Part shown: in pieces, positions 10,029 through 19,642 of the stretch
Numbering within the stretch: the stretch's first letter is position 1
How the letters are laid out: each line of letters begins with the position of its first letter
Source: an uncultured Pelagibacteraceae bacterium
GTDB lineage: Bacteria > Pseudomonadota > Alphaproteobacteria > Pelagibacterales > Pelagibacteraceae
Assembly: GCA_902594335.1 (NCBI GenBank)
Contig: CACJLY010000006.1
Coordinates: 35,183 to 99,182 of the forward strand
Direction: 5' to 3'
Length of the DNA: 64,000 nt
The notes under the pieces: model-generated
The model's database searches: none
What the model was told of the DNA's origin: nothing
Seen by the model: only the letters and a program-made list of their open reading frames with translations
Program-made: the position numbers and the translations under genes

Positions 10029-10970
10029 TTATAAAGGTAAAAAACTAGTATCAACGGCACCGCCTGGAGTTCCCATACCTTTTAGGAATCCATCAAGATT
10101 ACCGCTCTCCATTGACTGTTTAGTCTCTTCTGGAGTAAGAAATTTAAATCCACTTAAAGTTTCTTTCATGTCAGCAACTTTCATTTCTGAAGCTTTAGAC
10201 ATTGAATTCATATCGCTTTTACCAGCTCTATATCTGTCATTTGCTTCATGAGTTACTTCTATAAAAGTTCTAAGCATACCTGGATTTTCTTTCATGAATT
10301 TGTCAGTTACAGATGTAATATCTATTCCTAAGATACCAGCATCTCTTGCTTCTTGAACTGTTAAAAGTCTTGAACCAACTGCAACTGCAGCTTTGATAGA
10401 ATTTCCACCAAATAAACATGCCATTACAACATCACCACTTACTAATGCAGCAGCACCCTCTTCAGGATCCATTTGAATTATATCCATTTTACTTCTGTCA
10501 GCTCCAACAACTTTCATACTTTCGTCAAAGACGTACTCAGCCATAGTTCCAAGTGGAACTGCAACTTTTTTACCTTCTAATTCAGAACCGTTTGCTTTTG
10601 TAATTCCAGAAGCGTTAGATGTAACACAAGTTGTTCCACCCATTCCATATTCCATTGCAATATCGACTAATTTGATAGGTGCATTAGATTTTACAGCATT
10701 AATAAAAGGTACTAAACCTTGAGAATAAGAAATATCAATATCCCCAGCTAGCATTGCATCAGTCATAGCTCCACCGTTAGTGAAGTTAGTCCATTTTACT
10801 GGAACTCCTAGTGCTTTAGCAAAATTCTTTTTTTGCATGTCCTCTAAATTTGGACTTGGCCATTCTAGAAAGTAAGCAACTCTTACTTCATTTGCAGCAG
10901 CATTTGCAGCTGAAATTGACAAGTTAAGAGCGAATAAACTTCCTAAAATAAAGCTAATTAGTTTCTTCAT
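10029..10970 (-). CDS. tauA: Taurine ABC transporter substrate-binding protein
   Basis: Signal peptide, VAYFLEWP, GKKVAVPLGT; RBS AAGGAG; divergent from aminotransferase/ald. Confidence 0.82.
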   Translation of the reverse strand: MKKLISFILGSLFALNLSISAANAAANEVRVAYFLEWPSPNLEDMQKKNFAKALGVPVKWTNFTNGGAMTDAMLAGDIDISYSQGLVPFINAVKSNAPIKLVDIAMEYGMGGTTCVTSNASGITKANGSELEGKKVAVPLGTMAEYVFDESMKVVGADRSKMDIIQMDPEEGAAALVSGDVVMACLFGGNSIKAAVAVGSRLLTVQEARDAGILGIDITSVTDKFMKENPGMLRTFIEVTHEANDRYRAGKSDMNSMSKASEMKVADMKETLSGFKFLTPEETKQSMESGNLDGFLKGMGTPGGAVDTSFLPL

Positions 10971-11200
10971 TTTATCTCCTTAATTAAATTTAATTACCCT
11001 TATTTAAGTTCAATTTTGATTATAAGTAAATGTATTTTGTAAGCATATTAATCATAGGTGATTTGAAGATGTCTAAAATGGGTTCAACTTTTGGTTGTAT
11101 TTAATATTACGTAATGACATACTAAAAATGCACAGAAATTATTTTCTATTTTTTTATTTTAGTCTATGAGAGAGTGATAATAACAATTTAAAAATTTTTT

Positions 11201-12544
11201 ATGAGTTCAGAAAAGCCACAAATACCAAATTCTTTAAATGAGCATTGGATGCCATTTTCTTCAAATAGAGACTTTAAAGCAAATCCAAGATTAATAGTTG
11301 AAGCAAAAGGTGTTTATTTAAAAAATCACCATGGAAAAACACAAATCGATGCAAGTTCAGGATTATTTTGTAATCCATTAGGTCACGGTAGAGAAGAAAT
11401 TATTGAGGCGATAACTAAACAATTAAGAACAGTCGACTATGCACAACCATTCCAACAAGGATTTGGTGGCTCGTTTGAATTAGCAACACGAATTTCAAAA
11501 CACACACCAGGAAACTTAAATAGAATTTTTTATACTATTTGTGGATCAACTGCTGTTGAGACAGCAATAAAAATTTCAGTTGCTTATCACAAAGCTAGAG
11601 GAGAAGGACAGAGATTTAGATTTGTTGGTAGAGAAAGAGCTTACCACGGTATGAATATTGGAGCAACATCAGTTGGTGGAATGATCAACAACGTTAAAAC
11701 ATTTGCGAGCGTTTTAATGCCGGGTGTTGTTCATATGAGACATACTCATTTACCAGAACATAAATTTGTTTCAGGACAACCAGAAACAGGTGTAGAAATT
11801 GCAGATGATCTAGAGAGAATTTGTACAAACTTTGGATCAGAAAATATTGCTGCATGCATAGTTGAGCCGATTGCAGGATCAACAGGAACGCTTGTTCCAC
11901 CAAAAGGATATTTACAAAGATTAAGAGAAATTTGTGACAAACATGGAATCCTTTTAATTTTTGATGAAGTAATTACTGGATGGGGAAGAACAGGTTCTGC
12001 GTTTGCATCACAAGAATATGGTGTCACTCCAGATATTATTACAATGGCAAAAGCAACAACAAACGGAATAAGTCCTTTAGGCGCTGTTGCTTGTAAAGAA
12101 GAAATCTATGATGCAGTAATGGATGCATCACCTCATGGGTCAGTTGAATTATTTCATGGCTATACATATTCTGGAATTCCTGTCTCTGTAGCAGCTGGAT
12201 TAGCAGTACAAGATATATTTGAAAAAGAGGATATATTTAATAGAGCTAAAAATTTAGCTCCATACTTCCAAGAGGGATTGATGTCATTAAAGGATATAGA
12301 TGTTGTAGACAACATTAGAGGATATGGAATGATGGGTGGAATAGATATTAAAATGGATAAAAAACCTGGAGCAGCTGGATTTACATGTTTTAAACATTGT
12401 TATGATGCAGGTGTTAACTTTAAAGCAACAGGTGATTGTTTAATTATTGCTCCAATGTTTATTTGTGAGAAAAAACATATAGATGAAATAATTGATAAAT
12501 TAAGAACTGGAATTACGAGTTATTCTAAAAGTAAAAAAAATTAA
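11201..12544 (+). CDS. Class III omega-amino acid:pyruvate aminotransferase (probable taurine/beta-alanine transaminase)
   Basis: WMPFSSNRDFK, YHG, EPIAGS, FDEVITGWGR, PLP lysine in TMAKA; sits between tauABC and ald. Confidence 0.88.
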   Translation: MSSEKPQIPNSLNEHWMPFSSNRDFKANPRLIVEAKGVYLKNHHGKTQIDASSGLFCNPLGHGREEIIEAITKQLRTVDYAQPFQQGFGGSFELATRISKHTPGNLNRIFYTICGSTAVETAIKISVAYHKARGEGQRFRFVGRERAYHGMNIGATSVGGMINNVKTFASVLMPGVVHMRHTHLPEHKFVSGQPETGVEIADDLERICTNFGSENIAACIVEPIAGSTGTLVPPKGYLQRLREICDKHGILLIFDEVITGWGRTGSAFASQEYGVTPDIITMAKATTNGISPLGAVACKEEIYDAVMDASPHGSVELFHGYTYSGIPVSVAAGLAVQDIFEKEDIFNRAKNLAPYFQEGLMSLKDIDVVDNIRGYGMMGGIDIKMDKKPGAAGFTCFKHCYDAGVNFKATGDCLIIAPMFICEKKHIDEIIDKLRTGITSYSKSKKN

Positions 12545-12553
12545 TTCACTTAT

Positions 12554-13669
12554 ATGAAAATAGGTGTTCCTAAAGAGATAAAACCTCAAGAAAATAGAAT
12601 TGGATTAACACCTGATAGTGTAAAAACACTTACATCAAATGGTCATGAAGTTTTAGTTGAAAATGACGGTGGTTTCGAAGCTGGCTTTGATAACAATCAA
12701 TATAAATCTGCGGGAGCTAAAATAATTGATAAGGCAGAAGATATTTTTAATGATGCAGAGATAATTGTAAAAGTTAAAGAACCTCTTTCAAATGAAGTAA
12801 AAATGTTAAGAGAAAATCAAATTGTTTTTACTTATCTGCATTTAGCTGCAGCTAAAGAATTAACAAAAGGTTTAGTAGACTCCAAAGCTGTTTGTATCGC
12901 TTACGAAACAGTAACCGATAATAATGGCAGGTTACCTTTATTAGCACCTATGAGTGCTGTTGCTGGAAGAATGTCAGTTCAAGCAGGCGCACATTGCTTA
13001 GAAAAAAATCAAAAAGGCAGAGGTATTTTATTAGGAGGTGCTCCAGGTGGAGAACCTGCAGAAGTGGTAATTCTTGGTGGAGGAGTTGTTGGAGAAAATG
13101 CTGCAATTATTGCAACTGGAATGAGAGCAAAAGTTCACGTTGTAGATAAGTCAGAAGCAAGACTAAAACAATTATCAGAAATGTTTGGTGATAAAATTAT
13201 TCCCCAGCTAAGTGATAAAACTGATTTAGAAAAATTAATTTCAGAATGTGATTTATTAGTTGGAGGAGTTTTAATTCCAGGAGCAGAAGCACCAAAATTA
13301 GTTACTAAAAATATGATTAAGAATATGAAACGAGGATCAGTAATAGTTGATGTTGCAATTGATCAAGGTGGATGTGTAGAGACCAGTAAACCCACAACTC
13401 ATGCTGAACCAACTTATATAGTTGACGATATTGTTCATTATTGTGTAGCAAATATGCCAGGTGGTGTCCCCAGAACATCAACCATCGCATTAAATAATGC
13501 TACGCTTCCTTTTTTAAAAAAATTAGCTAGTGATGGTTATTACAAAGCTTTAAAAGATGATCCAAATTTCTTAGCTGGTTTAAATGTTCATAAGGGTGAA
13601 GTAACATACAAAGCAGTTGCAGATGTTTTTGGATATAATTATTTAAGCGCTGGTGAGGCTTTAAATTAA
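12554..13669 (+). CDS. ald: Alanine dehydrogenase
   Basis: MKIGVPKEIK, FTYLHLAA, PLLAPMS, DVAIDQGGC, VANMPG. Confidence 0.96.
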   Translation: MKIGVPKEIKPQENRIGLTPDSVKTLTSNGHEVLVENDGGFEAGFDNNQYKSAGAKIIDKAEDIFNDAEIIVKVKEPLSNEVKMLRENQIVFTYLHLAAAKELTKGLVDSKAVCIAYETVTDNNGRLPLLAPMSAVAGRMSVQAGAHCLEKNQKGRGILLGGAPGGEPAEVVILGGGVVGENAAIIATGMRAKVHVVDKSEARLKQLSEMFGDKIIPQLSDKTDLEKLISECDLLVGGVLIPGAEAPKLVTKNMIKNMKRGSVIVDVAIDQGGCVETSKPTTHAEPTYIVDDIVHYCVANMPGGVPRTSTIALNNATLPFLKKLASDGYYKALKDDPNFLAGLNVHKGEVTYKAVADVFGYNYLSAGEALN

Positions 13670-14277
13670 TTAATCAAACTAGTTATCTTTTTTTCAATAT
13701 TTTTACTTATGACTTGAACACCTTTAGGATTTGGATGCATTCCATCCTCTAGATTTAGTTCTGGATTCAAGGCAACACCTTCCAGAAGAAAAGGTAAAAA
13801 AGTTAAGCTATATTTATCAGAAAGGTTAGAATAAATTATATTAAATTTATCCCTGTATTCTTTACCATGACTTTCAGGGGCAATCATACCTACTAATATA
13901 ATTTTAATATTTTTATCAATTATAATTTTAATTATTTTTTCTAAATTTTCTTTTGTCTCGTTTGGCTTTATACCTCTTAACATATCATTTGCGCCTAAAC
14001 CCAAAACCAAAATATCAATATTCTTTTCTGATAGGGTCCAATTAATTCTATTTAAACCTCCTGCAGTTGTATCACCTGAGACACTTGCATTTATAATTCT
14101 GACATCTAATCCATTATTATTTAAATTTTTTTGAAGCACTGTAGACAAATGATCTTCTTTATTAAGTCCATATCCAGCCATCAAACTATCTCCAAATAAA
14201 ACAACTTTATTCTCAGCATTTACCCCAAATGCAACTAGACATAATATAATTATTTTAATAATACATTTTTTAAACAT
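13666..14277 (-). CDS. tesA: Arylesterase / acyl-CoA thioesterase I (SGNH hydrolase)
   Basis: FGDSL, SGDTT, GAND, DGMHPN; divergent from a YbbA/YbbP-like pair. Confidence 0.88.
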   Translation of the reverse strand: MFKKCIIKIIILCLVAFGVNAENKVVLFGDSLMAGYGLNKEDHLSTVLQKNLNNNGLDVRIINASVSGDTTAGGLNRINWTLSEKNIDILVLGLGANDMLRGIKPNETKENLEKIIKIIIDKNIKIILVGMIAPESHGKEYRDKFNIIYSNLSDKYSLTFLPFLLEGVALNPELNLEDGMHPNPKGVQVISKNIEKKITSLIN

Positions 14278-14941
14278 GACTAAACTTCTTAAACTAACAG
14301 ATGTGAACTTAAACTATAATACTGATAACAATCTTATAAATGTTTTACAAGATGTAAGCTTTGAAGTTGATTATAAGGAAACAATATCTGTAGTAGGAGA
14401 AAGTGGGTCAGGAAAGACAAGCTTAATAATGTTGATAGGTGGTTTGGAAAAAGCATCTTCAGGAAAAATTGAATTTAAAGACTTTGAGATTTCGAGTTTG
14501 AAAGAAGATGAGATTTCAGAGATAAGACGAAAGGATATTGGCATTGTTTTTCAATCGTTTTATTTAATACCCAATTATACAGCTATAGAAAATGTGAGTT
14601 TAGCATTGGAAATTAATAAAATTAAAGATCCAATTAATAAAGCAAAAGAAATCCTAGATAAATTTGGCCTTGGAAAAAGGCTAAATAATTTACCCAGTCA
14701 ATTATCTGGAGGAGAACAGCAAAGAGTAGCAATTGCTCGTTCAATTGTTATGAAGCCTGAATTAATTTTAGCAGATGAACCTACTGGAAATTTAGATAGT
14801 GAAAATTCTGAGCTAATATCAAATATTCTTTTTGATTATGTGAAAGAGGAAAATGCAAGTTTAATTATGGTTACGCACGATAATAAATTGGCAAATCTTT
14901 CTAAGAGAATTATTAAAATAAAGGATGGTAAAATTGAATAA
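14276..14941 (+). CDS. ABC transporter ATP-binding protein (YbbA/LolD-like)
   Basis: GESGSGKT, LSGGEQQR, ADEPTGNLD. Confidence 0.9.
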   Translation: MTKLLKLTDVNLNYNTDNNLINVLQDVSFEVDYKETISVVGESGSGKTSLIMLIGGLEKASSGKIEFKDFEISSLKEDEISEIRRKDIGIVFQSFYLIPNYTAIENVSLALEINKIKDPINKAKEILDKFGLGKRLNNLPSQLSGGEQQRVAIARSIVMKPELILADEPTGNLDSENSELISNILFDYVKEENASLIMVTHDNKLANLSKRIIKIKDGKIE

Positions 14942-17459
14942 AAATCAAAATTTTGGTCTTTATTTTAAATATGCTCTTAGAGATTTAACAAGAAGTTATA
15001 ATAAGATCTCAAGCATAATTATTACTCTTTTTATAAGTCTCTTTATTTTAAGTTCTATAATGACAATTGAAGACAGTCTAGAAAATGAACTTAATGAAAA
15101 TGCAAAATTATTATTAGGGGGTGATATAGAAATTGACTACAACAACAGAGAAGGTGATCAAACTAAAATAGATAAAATTACTAAATTTGCTACGGTCTCT
15201 CAAATGGTTGAATTTAGCACAATGATTTCAACTGTTAATAAAAAAATCAATAAAACTTCATTTACTAGAGTAAAATCAGTTGATCAATTTTATCCATTGT
15301 ATGGAAAAGCACTCTATGAACCAAATGACGCTTTAGAAAAATTAAATCAGATAGAAAGTTCAATATTAGTAAATGAAAATATTTTTAAAAATTTAAACTT
15401 AAAAATAAATGACATTGTAAAAGTTCAAGACAAAGAGTTTATAGTTATTGGTATAGTTAAAGTTTTGCCAGATATAGGTGGTGCATTTGTATTTGGAGAT
15501 TTTGCCTTAACAGGAAAAAAAACCTTAGATAAGTTAGATTTAAATACCCTCGGTAGTTTTTTAAATTATGAATATAAAGTTAAATTTAACAAATCTGTTA
15601 ACAGTAAAGAGGGCATTAAAAGAGTAGAGAGCTTATTTACAGATCAAAATAGAGTTAGATTAAGATACCCCGAAAACTCAGCAGGAGGCATTAGACGGAT
15701 AGTTGATAATTTTTCACAATTTTTATCACTTGTATCAATAAGTGCTATGTTAATTGCTGGTATTGGTATAGCGAATACTCTTTTATCATTTATAAATCAA
15801 AAAAATTCATCAATTGCAGTTCAAAAAGCAATAGGTGTTTTTTCTGGAAATATAAAGACAATCTATTATTTGCAATTAGCTATTTTATTAGTTTTAATCA
15901 CCGTATTTTCATATGGGTTAAGTTTTTTTTTAATTCCAATAGTCGATAAATATATTTCAGATGGCTTGGGTTTAAACATAGAAGCAAGTTTTTCTATTAT
16001 AAATTTAATTATAGTTTTTTTAGTTGGAATGTTGGTAATGATAATATTTTCTATACCAACTGTTAATTCTATAGATCAAGTTAAAGCATCTAATTTATTT
16101 AGAAATGTATTTCAAAGTCTGCAATTTAATTATTCAGTGAAATCAGTAATAATTAGCATAGTATTATTGCTAATATTAATTAGTCTTTTTGCAATTAGGT
16201 CCTCAATACCATTTTATAGTGTTGCATATTTCGTATCATTTTTTATTTGTTTATTAATTTTTTATTATCTTTCTGTAACAATTATTTATTTATTAAAAAA
16301 ATATAAAAATTCTAAGATTTCAGTAAAAATAGCTGTCAAAAATATAACTCAATCAAAAAGTATAACACCCATTACAATAATGTCTTTAGGTCTTGGAATG
16401 ACACTTTTGTTAACATTGGCATTTGTAGGCTCAAATTTTAAAAGAGAAATTTCCAAATCTATTCCAGAAATTGCGCCAGATTATTTTTTCTTAGGAATTC
16501 AAAATGATCAACGAGAAAAATTCGAAAAAATGATATTCAATTCTGATAATAAGTCAAAAATAGAGGTAGTTCCTATGGTTTCAGCAGGTCTTGTAAAAAT
16601 TAATGGGATAGATCCTAATTCTTACATCAAAAATACTAATGACAGTTATTGGGTTATAATGAATGATAGAAGAATATCTTGGTCAGATGAGATACCAAAA
16701 GATAATCCTTTAACACAAGGTAGCTGGTGGGATTTATCAACCCCAGACAAATTACAAATTTCTTTGGATAGTAAAGTGGCACAAGATTTTGGAGTAAAAA
16801 TTGGAGATATATTCACTCTAAACATTTATGGAAGAGAAATAGATGGTGAGGTAGTGAATTTTAGATTAGTTGATTATAGAGATCTTAGCATTAATTTTGC
16901 AATGTTACTAAACCCTCAATTTGCAAATAAAATTCCTCATGAGTACCTTTCGACAGTGAAGTTTAATAATATTGATAAATTTGATGATATTAATTTTCTA
17001 GATGAATTTCCCAGCGTTTCTATTGTAAAAATCTCTGATTACTTAAAAAAAGTTACCGATGTTCTTAACAAAGTATTTATAGCGGTCATTATAATTTCAA
17101 CTGTTACAGTGATAATAGGATTGGTTGTAATATCGAGTGCAATTATAGTGCAAGGAAAAATAAAAACTTTCCAAAATTTAGTTTTTAAGATTTTGGGATT
17201 TTCAAAAAAAGAAATAATTTATTCATCTTTAATTGAATTTATAATTACATTTTTTTCTATAATTCTTTTTTCTACAATTTTTTCTATAATTTCATCAAAA
17301 TTTATTATTGAAAATATTTTTCAACTTAAATGGTTATTTGAATTTGATATATTCTTAAATGTAACAATTACAGTTGGATTAGTGACAATGATTTTGATAG
17401 TTTTTACAAACCTTAAGTATTTAAGTCCAAAAGTTTATCCACTTGTCAGAAATGAATAA
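14925..17459 (+). CDS. ABC transporter permease (YbbP/FtsX-MacB family)
   Basis: 844 aa, two permease halves, LLGGD and YPLYG motifs, APDYFF. Confidence 0.85.
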   Translation: MVKLNKNQNFGLYFKYALRDLTRSYNKISSIIITLFISLFILSSIMTIEDSLENELNENAKLLLGGDIEIDYNNREGDQTKIDKITKFATVSQMVEFSTMISTVNKKINKTSFTRVKSVDQFYPLYGKALYEPNDALEKLNQIESSILVNENIFKNLNLKINDIVKVQDKEFIVIGIVKVLPDIGGAFVFGDFALTGKKTLDKLDLNTLGSFLNYEYKVKFNKSVNSKEGIKRVESLFTDQNRVRLRYPENSAGGIRRIVDNFSQFLSLVSISAMLIAGIGIANTLLSFINQKNSSIAVQKAIGVFSGNIKTIYYLQLAILLVLITVFSYGLSFFLIPIVDKYISDGLGLNIEASFSIINLIIVFLVGMLVMIIFSIPTVNSIDQVKASNLFRNVFQSLQFNYSVKSVIISIVLLLILISLFAIRSSIPFYSVAYFVSFFICLLIFYYLSVTIIYLLKKYKNSKISVKIAVKNITQSKSITPITIMSLGLGMTLLLTLAFVGSNFKREISKSIPEIAPDYFFLGIQNDQREKFEKMIFNSDNKSKIEVVPMVSAGLVKINGIDPNSYIKNTNDSYWVIMNDRRISWSDEIPKDNPLTQGSWWDLSTPDKLQISLDSKVAQDFGVKIGDIFTLNIYGREIDGEVVNFRLVDYRDLSINFAMLLNPQFANKIPHEYLSTVKFNNIDKFDDINFLDEFPSVSIVKISDYLKKVTDVLNKVFIAVIIISTVTVIIGLVVISSAIIVQGKIKTFQNLVFKILGFSKKEIIYSSLIEFIITFFSIILFSTIFSIISSKFIIENIFQLKWLFEFDIFLNVTITVGLVTMILIVFTNLKYLSPKVYPLVRNE

Positions 17460-17485
17460 GATTTAATATTTTTTAGATTTTGGTT

Positions 17486-17875
17486 TTAAATAGAAGCTTT
17501 TAAAGCTTCATAAATTAAATCCTCTGTAGTTTCGCCAATACTTCTATAAACTTCTGTATCACCTTTGAAAATTAATAGAGTAGTTTGATAAAGAACATCA
17601 AACGAATCTGCTATATCTCTGTTTGTTACATCAAATGCAAAATATTCGATGTTATCGAATTTAATATCTAATAATTCACCATTTTTTTTTGCTTTTTGTA
17701 AAACTTTCATTTGATTTGCACAAGATCCACAATATTCGATCCAAGAACTTATAACTATAATTTTACCCTCAGACTGGGCTTTGCTAAACAAATTTTTATC
17801 AAACGTAGTTTTCTTTTCCATTGAATTTGCAGCAAATGCAAAAAAACAGAAAATAAAAATTAAAAATTTTTTCAT
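17486..17875 (-). CDS. Exported thioredoxin-like protein
   Basis: Signal peptide, CGSC CxxC motif, QTTLLIFKG. Confidence 0.75.
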   Translation of the reverse strand: MKKFLIFIFCFFAFAANSMEKKTTFDKNLFSKAQSEGKIIVISSWIEYCGSCANQMKVLQKAKKNGELLDIKFDNIEYFAFDVTNRDIADSFDVLYQTTLLIFKGDTEVYRSIGETTEDLIYEALKASI

Positions 17876-17972
17876 TGAGATAGGAAATTACACCCTTAGA
17901 CAACTAAAGAAAATAATTTATAGTGACACATCTATTTCCAATTTAGTCTGAAAATTCAATAAAATTTCTTTT

Positions 17973-17997
17973 CTAGGCTTCAATCTACGAAGCCTAG
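17973..17997. other. Perfect 9-bp hairpin in a divergent intergenic region
   Basis: ctaggcttc/aatctac/gaagcctag; no clear U-tract directly after it on either strand. Confidence 0.55.
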
Positions 17998-18144
17998 TAT
18001 TATAATTAACTTATAATAAGAGAGAGAAATTAAAGTTACAACATTATTTAAATTTTAGGAGCGCTAATAGTGAATAATAGCTATGTATAATTCATATAGT
18101 TGCTTAACATCTCTCTTTACTTATATACCATTTAATATAAAAAT

Positions 18145-18210
18145 TATTTTGGGGTGCCATATGGCTGAGAAATACCCAAGGAACCTGTCCGGTAATTCAG
18201 AAAGGGAAAA
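18145..18210 (+). promoter_or_regulatory. TPP-class (THI-box) riboswitch, compact variant
   Basis: GGGGTGCC-ATAT-GGCTGAGAAATACCC..GAACCTG..TAAT..AGGGA directly before the ATG; the 3' strand contains the RBS. Confidence 0.85.
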
Positions 18211-19641
18211 ATGGATCAAATAAACATCTTAAATCAATCATCTGCAATTTTATTAACCTTAATTATTAGTATCATTTTTGTAATAGTTGGCCTTGTATAT
18301 TCAAAAAAATATCAAGGGTTAAACAATTATTTAGTTGCAAGTAGATCTGTAGGGACTTTTTCACTAACAACTAGTTTAATTGCATCTGCTCTAGGTGCAT
18401 GGATTTTATTCGGTCCCGCATCAGCAGCAACCTGGGGAGGAGTAGGAGCTGTTATTGGATATTCTTTAGGGACAGCGTTTCCTCTTTTTGCATTAATTTA
18501 TTTAGGAAAAAAATTTAGAGATAAATATCCAACAGGAAAATCATTAATTGAGGTGATTAGATCTAGATTTGGCTCACAATTATTTAAGTTAATTTTGTTT
18601 TTATCTATCTTCTATATGACTATTTTTTTAATAGCAGAAGTTACCGCCGTTTCAATTTTAATTAATTACATTTCAGGAACTGATCTATGGATCACGGCAT
18701 TTATTGTAATTGTTAGCTCACTTGTCTACACTTTGTATGGTGGTCTTAGAGCTTCAATATTTACAGATAATATTCAATTTATAGTTTTTGGTTTGCTCTT
18801 AATAATTGCATTTTCTTATTTAATTTCTTTTAATTCTAATGATTTTAGTTTTGAGTTTGTAAAACAGAACAAACCCTATTTGTTAAGCTCAGGTTATTTG
18901 CCTAACTTTACTGCAGGCCTAACTTTTTTTATAGCTGTTGCAGCAACTAATCTTTTTCATCAAGGTAACTGGCAAAGGGTTTATGCTGCTAAAAATAATA
19001 AAGTTTTAAAAAATAGCTTAATAATTTCTTTTATAATTATTATACCAATAGTATTCATCATGGGCTTTTCAGGTTTAGTTGCAACCTCTCAAAATCCTAG
19101 TGTAGTTCCTGACCTTGCATTCTTTTCTTTATTGTTAAAAGACCAAGCCATCTTTTTATCAATAATAATAACTATTTTGGCAATTTCACTTACAGTCAGC
19201 AGTATAGACACACTAGTAAATGCTATCTCTAGTTTGATTATTGTTGATGGAAATAAAGTTATAAAATTTAAAGGTAATTATTTAAAATTATCTAAACAAA
19301 TTATAATATTTTTATCCTTGATTTCATTTTTTGTTGCATCAAAAGGATTAAGTATTTTATATCTATTTTTATTAGCTGATTTATTTTGTTGTGCAGCAGT
19401 ATTAAGTGTATTTTATGGTTTTTTTTCAAAATCATTTAATGAAAAAAATGCATATGTTTCAATTATAGTTGGTTTAATTGGTGGAATTCTATTATTTCCT
19501 AGTCCCGATTTCACAAAATCAATACTTGTAGGAATAATATTACCTGCAGATTTTTTTCCAATATTTATCTCACAATCTTTGTTGTTTTGCTCATTTATTG
19601 TTGCAACACTCTTACCCATAGTTACGTGGAAATTGAGGTAA
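18211..19641 (+). CDS. thiV: Sodium:solute symporter, ThiV-type thiamin-precursor (HMP) transporter
   Basis: SSS-family motifs (YGGLRASIFTD, WQRVYAA) directly downstream of a TPP riboswitch. Confidence 0.8.
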   Translation: MDQINILNQSSAILLTLIISIIFVIVGLVYSKKYQGLNNYLVASRSVGTFSLTTSLIASALGAWILFGPASAATWGGVGAVIGYSLGTAFPLFALIYLGKKFRDKYPTGKSLIEVIRSRFGSQLFKLILFLSIFYMTIFLIAEVTAVSILINYISGTDLWITAFIVIVSSLVYTLYGGLRASIFTDNIQFIVFGLLLIIAFSYLISFNSNDFSFEFVKQNKPYLLSSGYLPNFTAGLTFFIAVAATNLFHQGNWQRVYAAKNNKVLKNSLIISFIIIIPIVFIMGFSGLVATSQNPSVVPDLAFFSLLLKDQAIFLSIIITILAISLTVSSIDTLVNAISSLIIVDGNKVIKFKGNYLKLSKQIIIFLSLISFFVASKGLSILYLFLLADLFCCAAVLSVFYGFFSKSFNEKNAYVSIIVGLIGGILLFPSPDFTKSILVGIILPADFFPIFISQSLLFCSFIVATLLPIVTWKLR

Positions 19642-19642
19642 T

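Noticed and set aside
11106-11115. Perfect palindrome ATTACGTAAT in the tauA/aminotransferase spacer
   Set aside because: Short and AT-rich, so expected by chance; no second copy seen and no regulator in the window.
13666-17459. Head-to-head start overlap of tesA and the ABC ATPase as a novelty
   Set aside because: The divergent tesA / ybbA-ybbP arrangement is well known and widely conserved.
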